DNA of 43,063 nucleotides from a virus. Of this stretch, positions 19,163-28,026 are shown piece by piece. Under the pieces are notes generated by a model, which saw nothing but the letters and a program-made list of their open reading frames with translations, was not told where the DNA came from and did not search any database. How positions within the stretch are numbered: the first letter of the stretch is position 1; each line of letters starts with the position of its first letter. A program made the position numbers and the translations under genes. The stretch is from the IMG/VR virus record IMGVR_UViG_3300020049_009769, positions 1 through 43,063 of that record; one strand, 5' to 3'.

Positions 19163-19912
19163 TTAACCTCTAAAGCGTGGGTTGTTCATAAAACTCGCAA
19201 CCGACGGTTTACCATCACTCAAAGCCGATGTTCGTGACGGTTTTACTTGGCTCAAAGGTTCAGGTGCGTTTTTCTGTTGCGCAGCTGCCTTATTAGCTTT
19301 AATCGATAAGGCAATTTGATGTAATTGTTTTTGAGCTAACTTTTCCGAGCCTGCATTTACTAACGTCAATATAGACGAGTATTTAGCCGGATTAGTGCCT
19401 AGCTCTTTCATCACATCAGTCATTTCATCCGTTTCGTTAAGCATTTTTACTAACAACGGATTAGACCCAATATTCATATCTTCATAAAGCTGGATAAACT
19501 CAGGGTCTTGTGACATGGCATCATTTATCTTGTCGCTAAACTCTTCAACAATTCGCTGGCCCTCTTGCTCTGCTTTAAGGGTTTCGCGCTGTTTAACAAG
19601 CTCATTCGCGCTTGCCGCTACTAACGATTGCAAATATTGCCTTTGTTCAGGCTCTAAACCTGACAACACATCTTCGCTTTGCATTTGCTGTTGTTGCTGC
19701 GCATATTTCGCTTCAACTTCAGCCCTTGCTCTCGCTGCGGCCTTTGCTGCAATTGAATTAACTTGGGACTTCGGAATCATCTTTTCCGGTTTGGGTGCAG
19801 GCGCACTTGCTTCCGGTTCGGGTGATTCGCTGAGTGCCTCGGTTGTTTCAACGGGCGCTGGCGCTGACTCGATAACTGGCTCTGTTGTTACCTCTGTATT
19901 TATCTCATCCAC
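19163..19912 (-). CDS. Scaffolding protein, 249 aa
   Basis: Acidic A/E/Q-rich predicted helical protein between portal and coat; AGAGG RBS. Confidence 0.65.
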   Translation of the reverse strand: MDEINTEVTTEPVIESAPAPVETTEALSESPEPEASAPAPKPEKMIPKSQVNSIAAKAAARARAEVEAKYAQQQQQMQSEDVLSGLEPEQRQYLQSLVAASANELVKQRETLKAEQEGQRIVEEFSDKINDAMSQDPEFIQLYEDMNIGSNPLLVKMLNETDEMTDVMKELGTNPAKYSSILTLVNAGSEKLAQKQLHQIALSIKANKAAAQQKNAPEPLSQVKPSRTSALSDGKPSVASFMNNPRFRG

Positions 19913-20072
19913 TTAAAACCTCTTTAGCTGTTAACCTGCAACGGTAAAACTGAGTTACTTACCCAGGGAAAGGGCTTTTAACGCGCCAACGTATAACTAT
20001 TTAAAGCATAGTTGCTTAATTGATTATAGTTTAATACTTTAATGCATTTAATGCAATTAAGTCATGCATAGG

Positions 20073-20135
20073 AAATGTCGATAACATGTGCATGTTTCAA
20101 AAACATGCACAAAAAAATGAATTTTTTCGACATTT
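20073..20135. promoter_or_regulatory. Nested inverted repeats in the portal-operon/scaffold intergenic region
   Basis: Outer AAATGTCGA (20073-20081) / TCGACATTT (20127-20135); inner perfect 11-bp stem TGTGCATGTTT-caa-AAACATGCACA (20087-20111). Confidence 0.6.
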
Positions 20136-20136
20136 A

Positions 20137-20163
20137 CCTAGCCGATGCTAAGCATCGGCTAGG
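20137..20163 (-). terminator. Perfect 12-bp hairpin 12 nt downstream of the 321-aa gene (terminator or RNA-stability element)
   Basis: CCTAGCCGATGC-taa-GCATCGGCTAGG. The U-tract is poor on the minus strand (UAAAUGUCG) and better on the plus strand (UGUUUU). Confidence 0.45.
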
Positions 20164-20174
20164 TGTTTTAAAGC

Positions 20175-21140
20175 TTAAGCTACGCGTTGATAGATAGCGC
20201 TTATCACTAATGAGCCTGCGGTATAGTCTGCTGTACCGCCTGAATAAATAGCTCTCAAATTAGCGCCAGCAGCTGTGGAAGTATTCGCAGCCGCTGAGAC
20301 GGGGTAAGGTAACCCCGTTGTACCCCAATTTGAGTTTGTTAAACTTTGCGCTGTTGCTGCTGGGATGACGCTATAAACGGTAGTTCCGTCAGTGATGCTA
20401 ATATTTCTATCACCGCCGCCGCCCGAGAAGTTTGTGCCACCGCTATTTAAGTTCATCATTCGTAATTTATATCTTTTTGAACCGCTAGAAACGATAAGCG
20501 GAACATTACCACCGGCGGCTAATGCTGCTTGACCGACGGTGACGTCAAAAGAAATTAAGTTAGCGCAAGGGTCTGGGTTTTGTGTCGTGGTTTGGATATA
20601 GCCAAAAGCATTACCTGGGTCTGCGATAGTTATATTTGTTGACTGGCCAAACGAAGCATTTTGTAAAAATGAACCATAAGGTCCTCCCTGGGTTTGGGCT
20701 CTAAAAACAAAATAACTTGCTTGTGAACCTGGGTATGATTTAAAGTTGCCACCCAAGGAAGTGCTGCCCGCTTCGATATCACCTAAATGAATCGCCGTTG
20801 TATTAGACGTAACACCTAGCGTACCTTGCGTGTCTAAAAATACCGCTAAATTATTAGCAATTGTAGGTAATACAATATCACCGCTATCAACAAACAAAGT
20901 AACAATACCGCCAGAAAAGCTAACGCCTAGCTGGATATTAGTACCAGTACCGGTTGCAGCATCATAACTATAAGTGCAATCGATAATATCAGTTTGATAT
21001 AAAGTTTGTGGCTGTATTGCTTGTAAGGTTAAATAACCCGCAGATGTAATCGCTGCTAAGTTATCAGTACTGCGTAATTTACCGCGTCTTGGTGTGTTTC
21101 CAACTTGGTTGGGTGTCCCCATATCTAAAACATAACTCAT
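20175..21140 (-). CDS. Virion-module protein of unknown role, 321 aa, inserted between portal and scaffold
   Basis: ORF track; its start overlaps the portal stop by 4 nt; S/T/G/N-rich. Confidence 0.65.
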   Translation of the reverse strand: MSYVLDMGTPNQVGNTPRRGKLRSTDNLAAITSAGYLTLQAIQPQTLYQTDIIDCTYSYDAATGTGTNIQLGVSFSGGIVTLFVDSGDIVLPTIANNLAVFLDTQGTLGVTSNTTAIHLGDIEAGSTSLGGNFKSYPGSQASYFVFRAQTQGGPYGSFLQNASFGQSTNITIADPGNAFGYIQTTTQNPDPCANLISFDVTVGQAALAAGGNVPLIVSSGSKRYKLRMMNLNSGGTNFSGGGGDRNISITDGTTVYSVIPAATAQSLTNSNWGTTGLPYPVSAAANTSTAAGANLRAIYSGGTADYTAGSLVISAIYQRVA

Positions 21141-23320
21141 TTTTTAGTTTCCTTTTTTTCAGGTTTAGTGGCTTCATGAATATTTAATAAATGTTCATGT
21201 GCTTGATTCTCTCGTTTAAGTTGCATTTCCTCGAGACTCATAACAAGCTCAGCCTGCGTTCTGCCTTCTTCGGCTTCGGCTTTTGCTTTTTGAGATTCGA
21301 CTTCTGCTAACGATACGCCTGCATTAACGAGTACTTGCATTCTATCAGTATCGTTTTTGTATTTGTCTTCTTTGAGCTGCACCAAGTCAATGACATGGTC
21401 AACGGCAGCTTGTTGCGCTTGCATATGTATTTTTTGTTGTTCGATTTTGGTTTCTTCGATTTTAGCTTTTGCAGTCGTCATTTTCGCAATCGCATCGATA
21501 ACTTCTGGGTCTGGCATTTGCGGTTTATTTGCAGCCGCTTGTTTTTGTTGTTCCATCCATTTATCGGCACGTTCTTTAACAATTTCAACGCCTTTAAATT
21601 CCATATTGTCGAACCAAATATCCATACCTTCTTGACCCATAAAAGCTTCGATTTGTGGTGAAACTTTGGTTGCCATCATGAGCTGTTCTAAGGCTTGGTT
21701 TTTAGCAATCGTGTGATTAACGCCGGGCTGAACTTTTACTTTAAGTGCATTTTCATCGTATTTGAATGGCACGCCATCGGGGGTGTTAATCTCAATATAG
21801 GAGCGCTTACCATCTTTGTGGCGAATAGGAATCGTGCGCGGAGTCACCCAAATTTTTGGAATCATATCAACAATAACTTGTAATGCTTGATTTAAACCTA
21901 ATAGATAATTAACGGTATACGGTAATGCGGTAGCGCCTGTTTGCATAGCGCCCATTTGTATTGCGCGCCCTGAAAGTTCTTTGTTTTGCACGCCCAGCTC
22001 AGCATCATAGCTACCTAAAATACTTTGTTGCATCTGCATGCTAGTACCAAAAGTCGTTAAAACTTCGCTTGGAAACGTTCCACGTGGAACGGGGGCAGGC
22101 GCAGGTAATGGTTGCGTAGGGTCGTGAGGATTGTAAGCATTATAAACTAACGTATTTGCTTGCTGTACATTTTCATACGCTTCGAGGTAGGCATCTTCTT
22201 CGGGCAATGATTCTTTTGCTACCATGAATTTATGCATAGTGAGGTTTTCATATTCATTTGCAATAACTTGACCGCTAAAATTAAGTAAGCGCTGTAAACC
22301 TTCAACGTGATATGCATAGGGCTTCGTAAATTGCGTTAATTTACTGCTATTATTTTCGCGTAATAAAACAGAATCGCCATCAACAAAAATGTAGTTCGGC
22401 TCTTTGAAATCAGTTTCTTCGTAATCGATAACTTCGCTACCGATTAATGTGTAGCGACAAAAATAACTAATCGTGGTTTTTCGTGGCTGCCCAGCAATAG
22501 CTGGTGGCTGCATCATTTCGCCTGACATTACCCACCATTCAACAAAAGCTTTGTAATCTTCCATCGTCATGACTTTGCCATTGACAAGACGAACTATAGT
22601 TTGTTTCTTACGTTTTTTCTTGTAGAAATAACAAAGTGTAATGACTTTTTCATTACCGACTTTTAAGCCCCACTGAATCGTTGAATTGCTTTTATCAAAG
22701 CTTAGCTTGCTAATATCAACATCAGGAAATTCTTCTTTAAACTCTTCCTCGGTCATGCTGCAAAGTTCACAATAATATTCAGCGTCACGCTTTGTCGGTT
22801 CTTTTGCCGCGGGGTCAAAAACAACTAAAGTAGGATCATAAACTTTTTTAAGCGTAAGTTTTTGGTTAAAACTGCGCTCATGTTCATACTCGGCTAATAC
22901 TTTAAAAACGGCAAAGCCACCTACCAAACTATCGCGATAAGTTAAATATTGCGTATTATCTTGCTGAGCTTCCCACATGATATGACGTAAGTGGCCTTCG
23001 GTAACTGCAATAGTTAGCTCGTCAACTTGCGCGCCGTCCACAGGAGAAACATCCACACCTGGTTCTTGCTTTGAAAACTCACCGCATAATCTTGAGATGG
23101 GCGCGTTGACTATATTAAATTCAATAACGGGTTTATTAAGTGCGTTTAGCGTGTCTTCATCGGCTTGTGAAAGTGCAGTTTGATAAACGAATTTTTGAAA
23201 ATGATGGAATCTATCGGCATTTGCTTTGTTAGCGGCAACAGCATCACCGACCAGTTTTTTAATATGCTCGAGTTTGTCCTTGTGGGATTTTGCAATATCG
23301 CTCAATTTTTTTATGTCCAA
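21137..23320 (-). CDS. Portal protein, P22-type, 727 aa
   Basis: Immediately downstream of terL. The long C-terminal helical/coiled-coil extension (last ~140 aa, K/E/Q/A-rich) resembles the P22 portal barrel. Confidence 0.85.
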   Translation of the reverse strand: MDIKKLSDIAKSHKDKLEHIKKLVGDAVAANKANADRFHHFQKFVYQTALSQADEDTLNALNKPVIEFNIVNAPISRLCGEFSKQEPGVDVSPVDGAQVDELTIAVTEGHLRHIMWEAQQDNTQYLTYRDSLVGGFAVFKVLAEYEHERSFNQKLTLKKVYDPTLVVFDPAAKEPTKRDAEYYCELCSMTEEEFKEEFPDVDISKLSFDKSNSTIQWGLKVGNEKVITLCYFYKKKRKKQTIVRLVNGKVMTMEDYKAFVEWWVMSGEMMQPPAIAGQPRKTTISYFCRYTLIGSEVIDYEETDFKEPNYIFVDGDSVLLRENNSSKLTQFTKPYAYHVEGLQRLLNFSGQVIANEYENLTMHKFMVAKESLPEEDAYLEAYENVQQANTLVYNAYNPHDPTQPLPAPAPVPRGTFPSEVLTTFGTSMQMQQSILGSYDAELGVQNKELSGRAIQMGAMQTGATALPYTVNYLLGLNQALQVIVDMIPKIWVTPRTIPIRHKDGKRSYIEINTPDGVPFKYDENALKVKVQPGVNHTIAKNQALEQLMMATKVSPQIEAFMGQEGMDIWFDNMEFKGVEIVKERADKWMEQQKQAAANKPQMPDPEVIDAIAKMTTAKAKIEETKIEQQKIHMQAQQAAVDHVIDLVQLKEDKYKNDTDRMQVLVNAGVSLAEVESQKAKAEAEEGRTQAELVMSLEEMQLKRENQAHEHLLNIHEATKPEKKETKK

Positions 23321-23347
23321 TACGCTATTGCATGATTATATAATCTT

Positions 23348-24919
23348 TTAACGTTTTCGCCTAATCTTATTGAGGGCTATATTTCTTGCCATGACGACAG
23401 CGGCTTTTTCATTCTCACGCTTTTCTTTATTTAGATTTTTGATATTAATTGGTCTAGCAAATGTGAGCAAAAATGCGTCAGCTGCGTCACTTGAGCGCAC
23501 GCCTCGCTTTTTCATGTCTGATTTTTTCTCAATCTTTAGCCGGTCTTTAGAGTCGTTATCATACTTTGTGTTACATAAGTCTGCGTGAAGCTCGTTGCTA
23601 TCAGGTAATTGGCACGGCATATCAAGCAACCATTCACGCCCTAAAAACCACATTTCTGCGCGCTTGTTAGTAAATCTATCCTCGTCCATGGCTCGCTCGG
23701 AAGAATTGACAGGAATAATAATGTCACCGTAACCCATTTCAACCAATCTATCGACGACACCAGCACCTAAACCGCCGACATCAATAAAAACAGCGTCGGG
23801 TTGTTCAGCGTCAATAATGCGCTTAACAATACCCGCAATTTGCATCGTATCTTTTTTCTTATAGGTCTCTAAGCCATAAGCAACGCGACCTTGACGTCTA
23901 ATAATTGCAGTACGGTCATCACCAAATCTAGCTGGGTCAACACCGAGCAATTTAGCCCCGACCCGCTCTAGATCATGCATTTTGCGAGCAGTCATAACTA
24001 GCTCTGACGGCATATAAACGTCATTGTCTGACATCACAAACGCTTCTGTCGGATTATTCGGATATTCTTGCTGAAACGCTCTTGCGCCATCTTGGCCATT
24101 AGCCGACAGCTCAGAAATCTTCATTCTTCGCCACGCAATTTGTTTGTCCGATAAGCTATAGTTATGCTTTAACTCTTCCTCTTCCTCGGTAAGCTTAAAG
24201 TTATCTGGCAATTCCATTTCGTATTCATCTTGCCAGTACCACGGTAAAAAGATTGCTTGATAAACTGATTCGCCCGATTCAGCCGCTTGCCACTGCTGAT
24301 GAAACCAGTTACCAACCCCATTAGCGGTTGACTCTAAATAAATCTCAGTGCCGGGCGCAAACGGCACCGCTTGCATAATGCCTTTACTATGTTCTGTTGC
24401 ATGAGAATAAAATGCGGCTTCGGATGCATGCAGGTATTGAATTGTGCTTGAGCGCCCTACGGCTTTATTGCCAGCGGTACCGACTTTGTAGCCTGAGTCG
24501 AGTTTATCAAAAAACAATTCTTTTGCGTTTGATGCCCCTACGCTAGGCCGCATATTGATAGGGCAATCGTCGTGAAATCGTTTCGCCATTTCAAACAAGT
24601 TTGATGTTGCTGAGTCATCATGCGTCAGAATAAATGCCCGCATACCCGGATTATGTGTAACAAACCAATATCCGCGACCTTCAATGTAAGTAGATGCGCC
24701 TTGCTGACGTCCTTTTAAGATAATTACTCTTACATAACCGTACTTTTCTCGTTGCTCTTCGATTTTTGCGTGTAAATATTTTTGTACCTTATTGAGCTTA
24801 AACGGTTCAATGCCGCCATCTTTTGGTCTAATTTTTAAACAATTTTCGGCGTAATAAGGGAAATCATGCGCCATTTTGAGGCGAATTCGTCTTTCTTTTT
24901 CGTAAGGGGTTTCAATCAT
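23348..24919 (-). CDS. terL: Terminase large subunit, 523 aa
   Basis: Walker-A-like VIILKGRQQGAST, ATPase plus C-terminal nuclease-length architecture, followed by the portal gene. Confidence 0.85.
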   Translation of the reverse strand: MIETPYEKERRIRLKMAHDFPYYAENCLKIRPKDGGIEPFKLNKVQKYLHAKIEEQREKYGYVRVIILKGRQQGASTYIEGRGYWFVTHNPGMRAFILTHDDSATSNLFEMAKRFHDDCPINMRPSVGASNAKELFFDKLDSGYKVGTAGNKAVGRSSTIQYLHASEAAFYSHATEHSKGIMQAVPFAPGTEIYLESTANGVGNWFHQQWQAAESGESVYQAIFLPWYWQDEYEMELPDNFKLTEEEEELKHNYSLSDKQIAWRRMKISELSANGQDGARAFQQEYPNNPTEAFVMSDNDVYMPSELVMTARKMHDLERVGAKLLGVDPARFGDDRTAIIRRQGRVAYGLETYKKKDTMQIAGIVKRIIDAEQPDAVFIDVGGLGAGVVDRLVEMGYGDIIIPVNSSERAMDEDRFTNKRAEMWFLGREWLLDMPCQLPDSNELHADLCNTKYDNDSKDRLKIEKKSDMKKRGVRSSDAADAFLLTFARPINIKNLNKEKRENEKAAVVMARNIALNKIRRKR

Positions 24920-25061
24920 TCCTGTCTTGTCCTATACTATGTGCGACTTAGAATGACCTTCTTTGATTAGCTTAAAACCCGTATAGTAACGTATCATCCT
25001 CCTAAGGCAATGCGAGCTCCCTGCGGGTTTAATTCAACCAAATATTTTTTTTAATTACCCA

Positions 25062-25070
25062 TGATATACT
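25062..25070 (+). promoter_or_regulatory. Extended -10 element TGaTATACT
   Basis: Read directly; plus strand, inside the ORF-free gap upstream of terL. Confidence 0.4.
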
Positions 25071-25178
25071 ACTTATGACGCTCTAAAGATAGAGCCGCAT
25101 TGTAATACTGTTGCGCGCATAGTAATGCAGCACCTGGTAAACCTCCAACTCTGCAAGCTCCCTGCGCGCATTATCTTA

Positions 25179-25187
25179 TGGTATACT
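25179..25187 (+). promoter_or_regulatory. Extended -10 element TGgTATACT, 11 nt upstream of the tRNA-like gene
   Basis: Read directly; places a start site a few nt before 25199. Confidence 0.5.
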
Positions 25188-25198
25188 GCACGCCTGAG

Positions 25199-25267
25199 GC
25201 TGAAATCAACTAATCGGTAAGACCTTTTGGTGACGAAAGGGATGCAGGTTCGACTCCTGCTTTCAGC
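25199..25267 (+). tRNA. tRNA-like gene, non-canonical (weak D stem, 8-nt anticodon loop)
   Basis: Acceptor GCTGAAA/TTTCAGC, T arm GCAGG-TTCGACT-CCTGC, and U8, A14, G18G19, A21 in register. However the D stem has only 2-3 pairs, and the CCTTT/AAAGG stem encloses TGGTGACG. Confidence 0.45.
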
Positions 25268-25306
25268 TTCTAAAACATGCCCCGATCGCGTCATCGCCAA
25301 TATACA

Positions 25307-25537
25307 TCACCTTTTTAAGTTGCTAAAAGTAATTAAGTTAACTTTACCCCCTACCTGGATGCCAACTTTTATTGTTGCAACATCTAAATCAACCGACTCA
25401 GTCATAAGACGCAATTCTGTGCTTATTGCGGCGATTATTTGATTGACGCTATCAAAACCCTTTGCGGGAACAGCCTTCACGCCATCTTCGCTAGTAATAA
25501 AACAAGTTCCGGGTTCGTAACTTTCTAAATCTTTCAT
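25307..25537 (-). CDS. Hypothetical protein; paralog of 26167-26475
   Basis: MKDLESYEPGTCFITSEDGVKAVP versus MKELESYESGTCFVAGKDGMKAVP. Internal Met chosen so the start clears the upstream stop at 25548. Confidence 0.6.
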   Translation of the reverse strand: MKDLESYEPGTCFITSEDGVKAVPAKGFDSVNQIIAAISTELRLMTESVDLDVATIKVGIQVGGKVNLITFSNLKR

Positions 25538-25547
25538 CATTCTACCC

Positions 25548-25772
25548 CTAGTCTTCAAAAACTTTAATTAACGCTCTTGTTTGCCCAGGACATGTCTCGC
25601 CAATACAGTCCATTGCCAAATGCTTAATACCTTCAATTAGAAAATCTTGGCACATCTCCCTTTTGATTACATGACCCCTCAACGTCGATCCTACCAATAT
25701 ATAAACCGCATCTATTAATTTTTCTTTAAGTTCTAAAATATCTTTATGCTTATCAATTAAACCATTTTGCAT
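25548..25772 (-). CDS. Hypothetical protein, 74 aa
   Basis: ORF track; its start abuts the terS stop. Confidence 0.6.
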   Translation of the reverse strand: MQNGLIDKHKDILELKEKLIDAVYILVGSTLRGHVIKREMCQDFLIEGIKHLAMDCIGETCPGQTRALIKVFED

Positions 25773-26170
25773 TATTCTATCTCCTGCGTACCAACATCTT
25801 TAATCTTCTTGCGCGCTTTATAGTCAATTTCTTGCAACCATTCCTCGTGACTAAATCCTGTATGCTGCTCTTGTGTAACACCGTCACGCCATTTGCCTTT
25901 GGCTCTTAGATAAAACATTTGAGCTTGTACACTGCCATTGCATGCAGCTTCAAATAATGCGCTAGCAACTGTCGCTATACCAACGGATTTGCCATATTCT
26001 TCAAGTCGTTTAACGTCTGAGTGATTTGCTAATTGTTTTTTATCAATTCTTTCTTCGGAGCTTATAATATTATAAATATCCTCCGAATCAACGCCATTTT
26101 TTGCAAGCTCTGCAATATGCTCTATTGTGCTAGGCGTTAATGAGATTTGTTTTTTAAGTTGTTTTGTCAA
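25772..26170 (-). CDS. terS: Terminase small subunit, 132 aa
   Basis: N-terminal HTH-like segment plus AQMFYLRAKGKWRD, the FWLKNRxGWRD-type motif common in small terminases; upstream of terL. Confidence 0.65.
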   Translation of the reverse strand: MTKQLKKQISLTPSTIEHIAELAKNGVDSEDIYNIISSEERIDKKQLANHSDVKRLEEYGKSVGIATVASALFEAACNGSVQAQMFYLRAKGKWRDGVTQEQHTGFSHEEWLQEIDYKARKKIKDVGTQEIE

Positions 26171-26475
26171 AGCAGGTCACCCGCTTTAATTCTATCGCCA
26201 TGAGGAAATATGTCATCTTCGAGAGTAATAGATAAAAAATCCACATCGCTAAAATCCGGTTTTACCATGACCTTAAGAGCCGATGAATATAAGCCGCTAT
26301 CCATGTTAATAGTAAAATATTTCGCTTGCGCTCCATCAAGAAAGAAGTGCACATGCTCATCAATGCGATTTATGATTTTCCGTCTAACCTCAAGATAACC
26401 CGGAGGAACAGCCTTCATGCCATCCTTACCAGCAACAAAACAAGTTCCAGACTCATAACTTTCAAGTTCTTTCAT
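26167..26475 (-). CDS. Hypothetical protein, 102 aa; paralog of 25307-25537
   Basis: Shared N-terminal 25 aa and ~72 bp of ~80% identical DNA (26404-26475 versus 25467-25537). Confidence 0.65.
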   Translation of the reverse strand: MKELESYESGTCFVAGKDGMKAVPPGYLEVRRKIINRIDEHVHFFLDGAQAKYFTINMDSGLYSSALKVMVKPDFSDVDFLSITLEDDIFPHGDRIKAGDLL

Positions 26476-26513
26476 TTGCGCATATGCTCCTATTTTTAAA
26501 TTGTTTCGTCATA

Positions 26514-26855
26514 TTAAATATTTAATTTGTCTTTAATAAAATAATCAAACAAATCAGGGTATCGCTCTTTTATCAAAGCAAATAAGAAAGTAATAAAATC
26601 AGCTTCAGAATTAGGTATGAAATCTATTTTTAAAATTGAATTTTCTGGGTCTTTTTTATCTACATACCAAGTAGATTCTAGATAACTTACACCAACAAAC
26701 CCCATCGCAAAATTATTTGGAAAATCTTTTAATTGCTTACTGATATTTTCAATGTTTTTTTTAAAAAAATAGGCTTTTTCAGCTTTTTGAAATAGCCTGA
26801 CCTGTTTTTCTATTTCATTCTCAGCGCTTTCAAATTCTTTTTCAAGTTCTTTCAT
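26514..26855 (-). CDS. Hypothetical protein, 113 aa
   Basis: ORF track; same first 15 nt (atgaaagaacttgaa) as the 26475 gene. Confidence 0.6.
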   Translation of the reverse strand: MKELEKEFESAENEIEKQVRLFQKAEKAYFFKKNIENISKQLKDFPNNFAMGFVGVSYLESTWYVDKKDPENSILKIDFIPNSEADFITFLFALIKERYPDLFDYFIKDKLNI

Positions 26856-27012
26856 TTTTTAACAACCTATGTAATTTAGTCTCTTGCGGTATCCTAAATT
26901 CATTATTAAACTTAGGCTCTCCGTAATTTTCTTTGAACCATTTTAAATAATTAGTCATATTGTATTCTTTTAAATCATATTCTTTCGTTTTTTCCCCTTC
27001 TTTTAGTGGCAT
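26842..27012 (-). CDS. Hypothetical small protein, 56 aa
   Basis: Hand translated: MPLKEGEKTKEYDLKEYNMTNYLKWFKENYGEPKFNNEFRIPQETKLHRLLKNERT. AGAGGA RBS 6 nt upstream. Confidence 0.45.
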   Translation of the reverse strand: MPLKEGEKTKEYDLKEYNMTNYLKWFKENYGEPKFNNEFRIPQETKLHRLLKNERT

Positions 27013-27323
27013 ATGCAATCCTCTAATATAATCTGCTCAATCGCATCAGCAACAGCCAATACCTTATCTTTAAAATTAGGGTCAAAACGTTTATCAAATA
27101 AATAACGGCGTCTATCCATTCTTTTTACTTTGTTTAGCGCTCGATAATGCATACTGTTGGATGGAAATCTTATTCTTATACAATTTTCTGTTACATAAGA
27201 CCACCCAAAAACCTCATCATAAATAGCTTTTTCTTTTATTTTTCTAAATATTAAATGTGGATGCAGTTTTTCAATAAGAAGCTTATGAAATTTTATTCGT
27301 TTAGATGATTTTTTAAACTTCAT
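27003..27323 (-). CDS. Hypothetical basic protein (start taken at MKFKKSSKR)
   Basis: Track ORF 27003-27350, trimmed to the Met with a GGTGA RBS that clears the upstream stop. Confidence 0.55.
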   Translation of the reverse strand: MKFKKSSKRIKFHKLLIEKLHPHLIFRKIKEKAIYDEVFGWSYVTENCIRIRFPSNSMHYRALNKVKRMDRRRYLFDKRFDPNFKDKVLAVADAIEQIILEDCICH

Positions 27324-27330
27324 TAATTCA

Positions 27331-27483
27331 CCATATCCCATCTTCACCAACCAGCATCAAACGAGGCGAATTAGTTTTCTTATCAAACAATTCACGCCTG
27401 CGCTTTTGCCTATCTTCTTTTTTAAGCTTGCGATAAACCATGCTATCAATTAATTTTCGTTTAGGTGATTTTTTAGGTTTCAT
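27331..27483 (-). CDS. Hypothetical small basic protein, 50 aa
   Basis: Hand translated: MKPKKSPKRKLIDSMVYRKLKKEDRQKRRRELFDKK... Shares MK.KKS.KR and RRR.LFDK with the next gene. Confidence 0.45.
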
Positions 27484-27649
27484 TTAATCCCTCATGCCCA
27501 CATTCACAGCCTGACGGTTTATGTCTTTCGCAAACAACCTCATGACCTTTCATTTTTATAAAATAAATACCGTTTGTTTCTGGGTTTTCTATGCCGTCCT
27601 GAATCACCTTACGGATAGAGAATAACTCTAGGCCTTTTTCATTTGTCAT
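27473..27649 (-). CDS. Hypothetical small Cys/His protein, 58 aa
   Basis: Hand translated: MTNEKGLELFSIRKVIQDGIENPETNGIYFIKMKGHEVVCERHKPSGCECGHEGLNET. AAGGAGG RBS. Confidence 0.55.
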   Translation of the reverse strand: MTNEKGLELFSIRKVIQDGIENPETNGIYFIKMKGHEVVCERHKPSGCECGHEGLNET

Positions 27650-27664
27650 TGCTAATAACCTCCT

Positions 27665-27829
27665 TTAATTAACCGACACCATCTCATCCATCACTAAAAT
27701 ATCAGTTACCATCTTAAATAAATCTGAAATCTTTTCGGGCGTAACCGAGGTTTTGTAAACCATATTTTGATTTGTTGGCGTGTTTATCTTTACTAAAAAA
27801 TTATCAGCATTTACCGAAATAGATATCAT
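27665..27829 (-). CDS. Hypothetical small protein
   Basis: Track ORF 27665-27850; the internal Met gives an ATGA stop/start overlap with the upstream gene, the coupling style used throughout this genome. Confidence 0.5.
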   Translation of the reverse strand: MISISVNADNFLVKINTPTNQNMVYKTSVTPEKISDLFKMVTDILVMDEMVSVN

Positions 27830-28026
27830 TTCTTTATATTCGTCTTGCATATCAAAAAATCCTCATCCAATTGCTTTTGTAGTTTTTCTAAATCAGCCCG
27901 CTTGTAATTCTTGGGCAACCATCCACGACCTGCATTCACAGGCCAAAAAAAATACCTCTCATCATTTAAGTTAAAGTTTGTTATATAATCACCACCGTCT
28001 TGGTCAATTATCCTCATTAACACCAT
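27826..28026 (-). CDS. Hypothetical protein, 66 aa
   Basis: ORF track; tightly coupled to its neighbours. Confidence 0.55.
   Translation of the reverse strand: MVLMRIIDQDGGDYITNFNLNDERYFFWPVNAGRGWLPKNYKRADLEKLQKQLDEDFLICKTNIKK

Noticed and set aside
25073-25442. ORFs 25073-25300 (-) and 25227-25442 (+) in or next to the terL upstream gap.
   Set aside because: Arg/Cys-rich nonsense-like translations that cross the tRNA-like element and the 3' end of the neighbouring real gene. No RBS. The region is better explained as structured RNA.
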